IMG/VR virus record: IMGVR_UViG_3300030451_003654
Coordinates: 22,861 to 86,860 of that record
DNA length: 64,000 nt
Direction: 5' to 3' (one strand)
From: a virus
The notes below the pieces were generated by a model, which saw only the letters and a program-made list of their open reading frames with translations, ran no database searches and was not told the origin of the DNA. How positions within the stretch are numbered: position 1 is the stretch's first letter; every line of letters begins with the position of its first letter. The position numbers were made by a program, and so were the translations under genes. This document shows positions 31,528 to 40,103 of the stretch, piece by piece.

Positions 31528-32064
31528 CTACTTCATATCATTAGGTTTTAATGCCGTAGGGGAATCTACTCTTGTAGTATCTAAAAACTTTTCAAGTTGT
31601 GCAGTAACTTCTTGTAATTTTCTTAAAAGTGCTTTACCTTCAGAAGTACTCATAGGATTCATAGCCTTTCTTTCTTCAGTTAAATCATCTTTTATTTCAC
31701 TTGCTGCTAAAGCCCCACCTGCTAATGCTAATTGAGGAACAAGATTTTCAATGTTATCATCTTCATCTTCCTTTGAAATAGAATCTCCTGTAAAATCTCT
31801 TGATGGTACTCTTCTATTAGGTACAAATCCTTTAGAAATAGTTTGTTCAATAGGCTTTGCAGTTAATCTAACTACATCTACTTTCTGTCCTTTCTTTTGG
31901 CTTGGCGTTGTAGGTTTTACATTAGGGTCAATATTACTTCCTAAATGATTAGAAAGTAGATTTGCTAATTCTACTAATTGTGTAATTACTGCCGTTGTTC
32001 TATCATCTTCATGTGAATGAACCGCAAAGTCCATTGTTACATCTGTTTCAGGTTTCCAATCCAT
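31528..32064 (-). CDS. Hypothetical head-module protein
   Basis: ORF in operon; RBS GGTGA before ATG 32064. Confidence 0.6.
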   Translation of the reverse strand: MDWKPETDVTMDFAVHSHEDDRTTAVITQLVELANLLSNHLGSNIDPNVKPTTPSQKKGQKVDVVRLTAKPIEQTISKGFVPNRRVPSRDFTGDSISKEDEDDNIENLVPQLALAGGALAASEIKDDLTEERKAMNPMSTSEGKALLRKLQEVTAQLEKFLDTTRVDSPTALKPNDMK

Positions 32065-32065
32065 T

Positions 32066-32293
32066 TTACTCACCACTCATTTTTACTACTAATTCGTCTA
32101 TTTCCTTCCAATCCATCTTTGCAATTGTATCAGCACTTGGTACTCTACTTGCTGTTTGAATTGATGGTTTCATTCCTTCTACTTTAACAAGACCTGACTT
32201 TAGTAAAACATTATCAGCATTAAATACTGTTGTTTCTAAGGTCTTGATTCTATCTACTAATTCTTTTAATAATAATGTTAATTCTTCATCCAT
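32066..32293 (-). CDS. Small protein with scaffold-like C-terminus
   Basis: C-terminal DTIAKMDWKEIDELV resembles the protease-scaffold end DVIAKM...MSWEELNDLV. Confidence 0.65.
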   Translation of the reverse strand: MDEELTLLLKELVDRIKTLETTVFNADNVLLKSGLVKVEGMKPSIQTASRVPSADTIAKMDWKEIDELVVKMSGE

Positions 32294-32295
32294 TT

Positions 32296-34803
32296 TTACT
32301 CACCGCTTTTTGGGTATATCATTTCTCTTAATTCTCTATACAATTTTTCATAATCCTTGCGTAATCTTGTCGCTAATTTTACTACTTTAATATTCTCATC
32401 ATCTAACCTAAGAACCTTCTTGTTTAGTTTCTTATCTCCCTTAACAACACCTAATGTCCTTAATAATCTGATGAGTTCTGACAACTTAAGGAAATCATGC
32501 CCGAAGTATTCTGTGGGGTCGGCAATATTTAAAATTGCCTTTATTTTCTTCTTTTGTCTTTTGTTTAGAGATTCTAATATAATACCTACATCTTCTTTAA
32601 TAAGAATGTCATCCTCTTCTCCCAATACTAATAATAAATTATCAAGAGATTTTTTAGTTTCTTCTAAATTTTTGTATATTCCAGGTTTATATCTAACATA
32701 TTTTGTTCTTTCATATGTCTTAGGTTTTCCTTTTTTGTCACGAACAATACCCATATTATTACGCTGTGTTTCTGTAACTTTTTGTTTTCTCCAACCTACC
32801 ATTCTATGAATTTCCTCATCTGTATATTTTCTTGTACCATCTGTATTTTTAATACGCCTCAATCTTATAGTTTCTTTATCTACCCATGCATATAATTTTT
32901 TACCTGCTTCTTTTGGTTCAACTTCTTGAGTTACTAAATTTACTTTTTTACCTGCTTCTTGTTGTGTTGGTAATGCGCTTGGTGCTATTTTACTTGGCTT
33001 TAAAAACTCTACATCAATTTCAGTATCAACTCTAAGTAATCTTCTTAGAATAGTAGAAGATTTATACAATTCCATAAAAGTAGTAATAATATATGAAAGG
33101 ATAGTTTCTCCGTAAATTTCTTCACTTAACATTTTAGTAATATTTTCTTCTATTACTTTTAATTCATCAGCATCTCTACCTTTATATTTAGTACTCAATC
33201 CTTCTCCTTTGGCAATATCTATTAAATCTTCAATGACAGACCTAACTTCGCTTGAATTACCATAAGCCTTCAAGATTTTACTAAATCTTGGACCTAATCT
33301 AAATTTAATTTTATTATCTGAATCAATTACCACACCCTTTCTAACAGCATTAACTAATTTAGGAAGAATATCATTCTCAAACATTCTTAATTTAGCAAAA
33401 TCTCCAACCTTTGTATCTGATTTACTTCTCATTAATCCATCTCTAATACCTTGTAAAAAGTATGCAAAGTCTTCTTCAGATGTATTAGAATCTACAATAT
33501 AATCATCCCAAACATCATTAAATAGAGTTACAAGATTATTAATTGTATTCTTTTTACCTGTAATAAGTTGAGGATATTCAGGTAAAATATCAGCAATTTT
33601 TTCTATATATTTATATTTACTTCTTTCAGATAGTTTTACCCAATTTTGATATGACTTAGAATAACCCATTTTCTTTAACCAATATTCTCCAATAGGTCTA
33701 AGATATTGATTATTAAACCATGTATCTCTTGTTAAATCAATAGTTTCAAATCCTTTAAAGAAATCTACATTAGATATATTTCTTGAATCTCCCGTACCAA
33801 AATTAATTCTAATACTTGTTTGTCTTGATTTATCTCTCGATGTATTAAATTTAGAATCTTGTCCTATTTCCATACCTTTTTCTTTTGCTTCAATTTGTGA
33901 AGGAGAAATATTTACATTTCTTCCTACCTGTCTATTTTTTATATCTTTTTCTAACTCAACCTTAATTTCTTCTAAGGCTTCTCTATCTTCATCAGATATT
34001 TCTTTTTCATTTAAAAATTTCTGTAATCTAAGTAAAGATTCTTTAGTAGGGCTATATAGAGAACCAACTAAATTTAATAAATCCATAAAACTTTTGTAAC
34101 TTTCTTCTCTATTAGCCGCATTTTTAATCCATTCGTCTAATAATTTTTGACCTTCAGTTTTTGCTGCTTCTTCTTCAGCCCTTTGTTTTTCTTGTTCAAG
34201 TTTTCTTGCGGCAGTTGCTAATGCTGCTCTATCTAACTTAACTTTATCTTCTTTATCTTTTATTTTTTGCTGTTTCTTTCTTTCCTTTGCCTGTTCTCTA
34301 CGGGCAATATTAAGATTCTTTTCATATTCAGCAATTTGCATTTTAATATCTTTAAGAGATTCTTCAGGATGTTTTTGTTGTAAATATTCAAGCATTACCT
34401 TTTCTTCTTCTTTACCATCAGGATATTTTTTAATTAATTCAGGTTTTAGGTTTTCTTTTATTTCATTAGCAAGAGCCTCACCTCTTTTTTCCTGTCCACC
34501 TATATATGTTAATCTACCATTAACCATTTGTTTTTCAGGATGTTTTTCTAATATTTCCTTCTTCTTTTCTTCAAAGTATGAATCTAAAATTGTAGGATAT
34601 TGGAAAGATATAAAAGAAACTTTATCATCGTTAAATTGTTTCAATTGGATAATTAATCTTGTATCAAGAGAAACATCTCTTAACAATTTTTTAACTTCTT
34701 CTTCTGTAATAGCCTTAGTAATATAATCACTATCTACTAAAGCGTAGAAAAGTCTTTGATAAAGACTCTTATGTAAATTATAAACTAAGACGGATGATTG
34801 CAT
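32296..34803 (-). CDS. Large K/E-rich hypothetical head-module protein
   Basis: 835-aa ORF between the portal and ligase genes. Confidence 0.7.
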   Translation of the reverse strand: MQSSVLVYNLHKSLYQRLFYALVDSDYITKAITEEEVKKLLRDVSLDTRLIIQLKQFNDDKVSFISFQYPTILDSYFEEKKKEILEKHPEKQMVNGRLTYIGGQEKRGEALANEIKENLKPELIKKYPDGKEEEKVMLEYLQQKHPEESLKDIKMQIAEYEKNLNIARREQAKERKKQQKIKDKEDKVKLDRAALATAARKLEQEKQRAEEEAAKTEGQKLLDEWIKNAANREESYKSFMDLLNLVGSLYSPTKESLLRLQKFLNEKEISDEDREALEEIKVELEKDIKNRQVGRNVNISPSQIEAKEKGMEIGQDSKFNTSRDKSRQTSIRINFGTGDSRNISNVDFFKGFETIDLTRDTWFNNQYLRPIGEYWLKKMGYSKSYQNWVKLSERSKYKYIEKIADILPEYPQLITGKKNTINNLVTLFNDVWDDYIVDSNTSEEDFAYFLQGIRDGLMRSKSDTKVGDFAKLRMFENDILPKLVNAVRKGVVIDSDNKIKFRLGPRFSKILKAYGNSSEVRSVIEDLIDIAKGEGLSTKYKGRDADELKVIEENITKMLSEEIYGETILSYIITTFMELYKSSTILRRLLRVDTEIDVEFLKPSKIAPSALPTQQEAGKKVNLVTQEVEPKEAGKKLYAWVDKETIRLRRIKNTDGTRKYTDEEIHRMVGWRKQKVTETQRNNMGIVRDKKGKPKTYERTKYVRYKPGIYKNLEETKKSLDNLLLVLGEEDDILIKEDVGIILESLNKRQKKKIKAILNIADPTEYFGHDFLKLSELIRLLRTLGVVKGDKKLNKKVLRLDDENIKVVKLATRLRKDYEKLYRELREMIYPKSGE

Positions 34804-34805
34804 AA

Positions 34806-35030
34806 TCAAACTTCCTTCATCTTCTTGTTTATTTTTGGACCGCCTGTAATAAATCCTGGAATTGATTGTTCATTAATTCCTTTATTTACGGGTGGGTGTT
34901 CATGAACCCCTGCTGGAACTGTATTTACAGTTTGCTTTTCCGCTTTAGGTTCTTGATTAACCTTCTTTCTAAGATTATCAATTTTTGCTCTTGCTTCTTC
35001 TAATTTTCTATTAATTATATTATTATTCAT
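34806..35030 (-). CDS. Small hypothetical protein (start MNNNIINRK)
   Basis: ATG right after the portal stop; the track's longer start overlaps the portal gene. Confidence 0.55.
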   Translation of the reverse strand: MNNNIINRKLEEARAKIDNLRKKVNQEPKAEKQTVNTVPAGVHEHPPVNKGINEQSIPGFITGGPKINKKMKEV

Positions 35031-35031
35031 T

Positions 35032-36660
35032 TTAACCAACTCTCCTTTCTGTTCTTCTATCAACATTGTTATTTGCTGCTTCTTTAGGTAATCCCATATT
35101 TCTATTAGGTGGACCGACACTCATTGAGGGTTTATTTCTTGTTTGTCCTCCACCTTGCCCTAATAAATTCTGTTCTGCTAATTGTCCTAATTGACTCGCA
35201 TCAATATCTGTTCCTGCATATGGGTCAGTTTCTAATTTTTTATCAGGTTGCTTTTCACCCATAGGTTTTTCTTCTTCTTTTGGCGGAGGCTTTGAATAAA
35301 TAAAGTTTCCATCTTCATCCATATCTACTTCAAATCCTAAATTCTTAATTTGAGTAGCAAGGTTAATTTCAATTTCTCTCCTTCTTAATTCGGCTACATT
35401 ATCTTCTTCTTCAGAACGAAGTAGAATTAAATTCCAATCAGTAATACCAAATTGTTTTAACAAGAATGGGAATAAATATTGATTATATACATTTTGCGCT
35501 AATTCAACAGAACGATTAGTTACAAGAATTTGCATACCCTCGTTATTTAAACCACCGCTTGTAGATGTATCTCCTTGAAAGATTTTACTTACACCATAGA
35601 AAGCACCAATTCTATCTCTCAAATCATCTTTTACATTTATGTAATCCATTTCTTTAAGAGTATTCATAAATTGTACCCATTCAATACTACCTTTACTACC
35701 GCCATCTGTTTCAATACCCATAATAGGAATATAATGTGGGTCTTTCTCTAACTTCTCTTTAACTCCTTTCCAATACTTTACAAGAGATTCCATGTTATTT
35801 GTTTGTACTGCAAGAATACCTCTTGGTGCTCTTGCTTTTGTATAAGAAGTATTTACATAATTTTCCATAGCAATTAATGTAGTAATATGACTCCATAGAG
35901 TTAGAATAGGTGAAAAACCATAAAGTCTTGAAGGGTTATACTTACTCAAGTGCATAACTTCTCCCTCTACAAAGTATTGGTCTTTACCGTGTACTCTATT
36001 TATATAATGTATAGGGTGTAATTTAGAACCACATTCGGGGCAACTTGCTAATGGGTCTGTTTCAAAAATCTCTCTATGTGTTAAACAAGTATAATGAGAA
36101 TTTCCTCTATTACCTTCTTCATCAACATCTATATACATTGTTAATGGGTCGCCTCTATAAATTTCTTTTATTTTATGTAGGGCTACACAACCTTCGTTAT
36201 CTAAGTAATATTCTTTTACTAAAATTAAGAAAGCATCATCAGCAATATTCAAATCAGCCTCTATTTCTTTTAATACATCAATAAATTTTTGCTCAGAACT
36301 ATTTACATACCCATTAAAGAATTTTTCAGCATAAATTTTTTGTTGTTGTGATGGTGCTCTTAAACTCTTACTACCACAATTTCTACAAACATCTGTTTCC
36401 TTTTCATGCTTTGTACCGCAATCATTACATATTTTAAAGAAAGATTTATTCCATTCAAAACCTCTTCTGAATATTTCAGTCTTTAATTGTGTAATACATG
36501 TCCTAACAATAGTAGATTGATTAGCAACATCATATAATACAGGTCCAATAATATGTTGTACATTTCTTTTTTCCTGTATTCCTAAATTATAAACTTCTTT
36601 GGCAAGTGGATTAGGGGTTTTTCTACGAACAAATTTCCCTAAGTAATCTCTTAATCCCAT
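35032..36660 (-). CDS. Portal protein with two Zn-ribbon insertions
   Basis: EVMHLS...LYGFSPI, APRGIL, IGAFYGVS motifs; CNDCG...CRNCG and CLTH...CPECG; downstream of TerL. Confidence 0.85.
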   Translation of the reverse strand: MGLRDYLGKFVRRKTPNPLAKEVYNLGIQEKRNVQHIIGPVLYDVANQSTIVRTCITQLKTEIFRRGFEWNKSFFKICNDCGTKHEKETDVCRNCGSKSLRAPSQQQKIYAEKFFNGYVNSSEQKFIDVLKEIEADLNIADDAFLILVKEYYLDNEGCVALHKIKEIYRGDPLTMYIDVDEEGNRGNSHYTCLTHREIFETDPLASCPECGSKLHPIHYINRVHGKDQYFVEGEVMHLSKYNPSRLYGFSPILTLWSHITTLIAMENYVNTSYTKARAPRGILAVQTNNMESLVKYWKGVKEKLEKDPHYIPIMGIETDGGSKGSIEWVQFMNTLKEMDYINVKDDLRDRIGAFYGVSKIFQGDTSTSGGLNNEGMQILVTNRSVELAQNVYNQYLFPFLLKQFGITDWNLILLRSEEEDNVAELRRREIEINLATQIKNLGFEVDMDEDGNFIYSKPPPKEEEKPMGEKQPDKKLETDPYAGTDIDASQLGQLAEQNLLGQGGGQTRNKPSMSVGPPNRNMGLPKEAANNNVDRRTERRVG

Positions 36661-38060
36661 CAGACCACCCCACTTTCCATACTATCCATCAATTGCATCT
36701 TACAATTATCATGGTATTTAACAACTACTTCGGGGTCTATATCATATTTTTCAAATTCTTTAACGCCTTGACCTCTTGAATCCTTCCAATTCTCATATTT
36801 AATTAGTTTAAATATTTCCTGTAATCGGGGTTTAGCCCATTCTTCTCTCTTAAAATTTTTCTTGATTCTAATCGCCTCTTGAATTAATCTACCCTGTGTT
36901 TGTTTCATTCTAAGATGTGGTATGCACTTTTCTAAAATTGTTGTGATGTCGTCTTGACTGTAAAAATTTAACCTGTGTTGGCTTCTACTATTTTCTCCTA
37001 CTTTTTGGTCTAAGTGTAATCTCCCACATTTTAATTCCTTTTCTAATTCTTGGAAAAATGCTTTACCTCTTTTACCCGTAGCAATCATTCCTACTCTTGG
37101 TGCTAAAGAAGAATCCATTGTAATGTAGCCATCGGAATCAATAAATCCCGCTACATAGGAATATAAATCTTTCTTAATTAAATGTTTCACTAAGTAGTAC
37201 TCATTATCTACTTTAGTAGCACCTATCTTCATTAACATTTTTGAAATAGATTGGGGTGTTGAAATTTTAGAATGTCCTTTAGATAATCTGGAGTGAATTT
37301 CATTAGAAGATAATCCTTGATTATTACAAATAATTTCTCTTACACTCTTTTCAATCATTTCTTTCTTAGATTTTCTTATAGATTGATGAGGTATATCTTT
37401 TAATAATTTTCTTAATTCATTTCTACTTTCTCTTAAAATAATATAATTATTTGAATATTGTGTGCCGTAATCTAATGATTTCATTTCTAAATCGCTTTCC
37501 CACATCTTACAACATAATTCTATGATACTCTTTCTTGTTTCACCATCTTTAATATTATGCAACTTTTGTATTTGTGAAGGGTTATAACCTAATCTTTTAA
37601 ATCCTGATTGATATGGTTTTAACCAATAAATTGTATCTAAAGATTTTTGTAAATATTCTTCATACGCAGTAATTAAATGGTCTATACCTTTTGAAATTTT
37701 AATCTTTTCTTCACCTTTAAAATTTCTTCTCATATCTCTTAATTCCTTAACTAAATCAGGAATATTCTTATTAGATACAATAGGTTCTACGGGAAGTTGT
37801 TGAATATAATCACTTGCTTCAGTTAAATTAATTTGTAATGTTTTAGAAATATCTTTTAGAATATCTACCTCATTACCGTATTGAGTGGATAACCATTGAC
37901 CTACATTACTCTTGTTAAACTGTTCTTTAATTTTATCTTTAACAGGTTTAACTTCTTGGTCTAACATTCTTTTTTCATCTTCTACTCTTTTAATTTCTTG
38001 AACATCTCGTTCTAATTCTTCTATATCAATATCATCATCCTGTTTAAAGATTAATACCAT
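36660..38060 (-). CDS. LAGLIDADG endonuclease-domain protein with long N-terminal helical/wHTH region
   Basis: YVAGFIDSDG motif with downstream LAGLIDADG-type pattern (...PHLRMK); RBS GGAGGTG before ATG 38060. Confidence 0.8.
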   Translation of the reverse strand: MVLIFKQDDDIDIEELERDVQEIKRVEDEKRMLDQEVKPVKDKIKEQFNKSNVGQWLSTQYGNEVDILKDISKTLQINLTEASDYIQQLPVEPIVSNKNIPDLVKELRDMRRNFKGEEKIKISKGIDHLITAYEEYLQKSLDTIYWLKPYQSGFKRLGYNPSQIQKLHNIKDGETRKSIIELCCKMWESDLEMKSLDYGTQYSNNYIILRESRNELRKLLKDIPHQSIRKSKKEMIEKSVREIICNNQGLSSNEIHSRLSKGHSKISTPQSISKMLMKIGATKVDNEYYLVKHLIKKDLYSYVAGFIDSDGYITMDSSLAPRVGMIATGKRGKAFFQELEKELKCGRLHLDQKVGENSRSQHRLNFYSQDDITTILEKCIPHLRMKQTQGRLIQEAIRIKKNFKREEWAKPRLQEIFKLIKYENWKDSRGQGVKEFEKYDIDPEVVVKYHDNCKMQLMDSMESGVV

Positions 38061-39462
38061 AAAAAGCACCTCCCTTTGTTGGTGTAGTAGGGGTTGAACT
38101 AAACAGACTACCACTATCTATATCTAAAAATGTATCGGAAAAAGTCTTTGTTGCATAATTGGCTAAAGCAAGAGCAATTACTATATCATCATGTGCGCCT
38201 ACACCTTCAATTTTACCATGTGCATTAATTCCAAATGCGCCTAATTCTTGAGTAATCATATTAGTTACAGACTTAGATGCTTCATTTTGCATAGGTAAAA
38301 CTATCTTCCCATTATCAATATTCATTTGTAAATTTAATATAATTTCTTCCTTTTTCTTTCTACTCATAGTAAATTCTCTAACAGGAAAATCTGAAATATT
38401 TTTCAATTCCATAGCAAAAGCCTTAGCAAATGTATTTGTTTCAATCATGACTACTTCAGGCTTATACCTTCTACACAATTCCATTATGTGTTGTATGTGT
38501 TCTCTAAAGTCAAGTCCTTTTGCCCTAAACATATGAACCACTTGTTTATTCATGTTTTCATCAACCTCTAAGACCATCATTACAGTATAATCCCCATTTG
38601 CCGAAATAGCAGGGTCATATCCTATATAATATTGAAAACCCTCTCTCGCAACGCTCTCAAGCGAAGCATAGGGATTCTTACACGCTTTAATTGCATCAGG
38701 TTGAAAAAGCATAGTATTTGTACTGATAGGTACGCAAAGATATTCTCTTGTAAATTTAGCCGAGCCTATTTCTACCTTTCTCTCTTCAAGCATTTCAAGA
38801 CTCCAACGATTAGCCCATAAAGCCGTTCCATCTTGCTTAATTGCAGGGTATCTTGAAACGGTATATGCGGGGTTTTCTTCTAACTGTACAAATATATCTG
38901 TATATGTAAAGGGTGTTCCGACCATTCTCAAAGAAGCCGTATGGTGAAGTGTAGGAATCATATCTCCCCAAAACCAATCTGTAACTCTTTGAATAGCGGT
39001 CATACTAAATTCTTTCAAAGGGTCGTCAATAATAATTTCTTGAGGGTGCAATCCACGAATCTGAGAACCTACTGAACGCTCTAATATCTCATTACCATTT
39101 GTTAAACGCATAGCCCCAACTGCCCAACCGCCTCTCGGTTTGAATCTTTTTAATTGTGGGATATTAGTGAACATTCTATCTATGTCTTTCATATGTACCA
39201 TTGTTTGTTTATGATTAGAAGAAATGTAAAGCATTTGATATGGTGGTTCTTGAAAACATAATTGATAAACACACCATGAATGAAAGAAAACAGATTTTCC
39301 GTGGTCTCTTGAACAAATAATAACTGTCCTTGAAGTATTATTTACAAGGTCTAACCATTCCTCATGAAAGTCGGCTAACTCATACCCTAATACCTTTTCA
39401 AAAAAATAAGGAAAATTTCCTTTGGACATCTTCAAATCCATTTCTGTTAAAAAATCATCCAT
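38044..39462 (-). CDS. terL: Terminase large subunit
   Basis: Walker A SRDHGKS, Walker B IIIDD, motif III VGTP, nuclease GYDPA...HDDIVIALALA. Confidence 0.92.
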   Translation of the reverse strand: MDDFLTEMDLKMSKGNFPYFFEKVLGYELADFHEEWLDLVNNTSRTVIICSRDHGKSVFFHSWCVYQLCFQEPPYQMLYISSNHKQTMVHMKDIDRMFTNIPQLKRFKPRGGWAVGAMRLTNGNEILERSVGSQIRGLHPQEIIIDDPLKEFSMTAIQRVTDWFWGDMIPTLHHTASLRMVGTPFTYTDIFVQLEENPAYTVSRYPAIKQDGTALWANRWSLEMLEERKVEIGSAKFTREYLCVPISTNTMLFQPDAIKACKNPYASLESVAREGFQYYIGYDPAISANGDYTVMMVLEVDENMNKQVVHMFRAKGLDFREHIQHIMELCRRYKPEVVMIETNTFAKAFAMELKNISDFPVREFTMSRKKKEEIILNLQMNIDNGKIVLPMQNEASKSVTNMITQELGAFGINAHGKIEGVGAHDDIVIALALANYATKTFSDTFLDIDSGSLFSSTPTTPTKGGAFYGINL

Positions 39463-39467
39463 TAGAA

Positions 39468-40103
39468 TCACCTACACTTAAGAATATCCCATGCCTTTTG
39501 CATAGCCTTATCTTCTTTCATACTTTCAGGAATATAAATAGCATAAGTTCTATTTTTACCTTTTAGTACATCATAATGTCTTTGTGGAATATCAGGATGT
39601 TTTTCTTCAGCGTTAAGGAATATCTCAAAACCCTCACTTGTATATTTTGTTAATCTATTTTCGCTATCATTTGATAAATCAAGAACAATAGGTATTTTTC
39701 TTTGATTTGCTAAATCTTTTATGAAAGGCATTCTTTTCTCATCTAATATTTTATTAAAGCCTCTACCTCTATAATCTACTCCATACATTTCAGGGTGTTT
39801 AGGCATACCGCCTACTGTAAAACTACCTGCATCACCAATAACATCATCTAATGCTACTGCACCTACCTTAGCAACATAATAACCAAACTCATCAACTATA
39901 ATCCAAATATAATTTTCAGTACCGCTAAATGTAAAGGGGCTATCCTTTCTATTTCTTGGTCTTCTATTTGCTTTCTTCCACCTATTACCTATTTCTATAA
40001 ATCTTTCTTCTGAAATTGGACCAACTATTGTAAAGGTTTCACCATTATTTTGGAAAGTTTCTCCCGCAGGTACAGGATATACTTCATCTCTTTCTCCCTT
40101 CAC
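39468..40103 (-). CDS. GNAT-like acetyltransferase with C-terminal KAWDILK tag
   Basis: Motif A-like DYRGRGFN and Y..EGF; tag-like C-terminus. Confidence 0.5.
   Translation of the reverse strand: MKGERDEVYPVPAGETFQNNGETFTIVGPISEERFIEIGNRWKKANRRPRNRKDSPFTFSGTENYIWIIVDEFGYYVAKVGAVALDDVIGDAGSFTVGGMPKHPEMYGVDYRGRGFNKILDEKRMPFIKDLANQRKIPIVLDLSNDSENRLTKYTSEGFEIFLNAEEKHPDIPQRHYDVLKGKNRTYAIYIPESMKEDKAMQKAWDILKCR

Noticed and set aside
35030-35120. WDYLKK tag-like word in the extended N-terminus of track ORF 34806..35120
   Set aside because: It lies in an alternative frame overlapping the portal C-terminus; the plausible start is ATG 35030, so it is probably chance.
36660-39462. LAGLIDADG domain as an intein or intron within terL or portal
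   Set aside because: TerL and portal ORFs are complete and uninterrupted; no intein terminal motifs are present.
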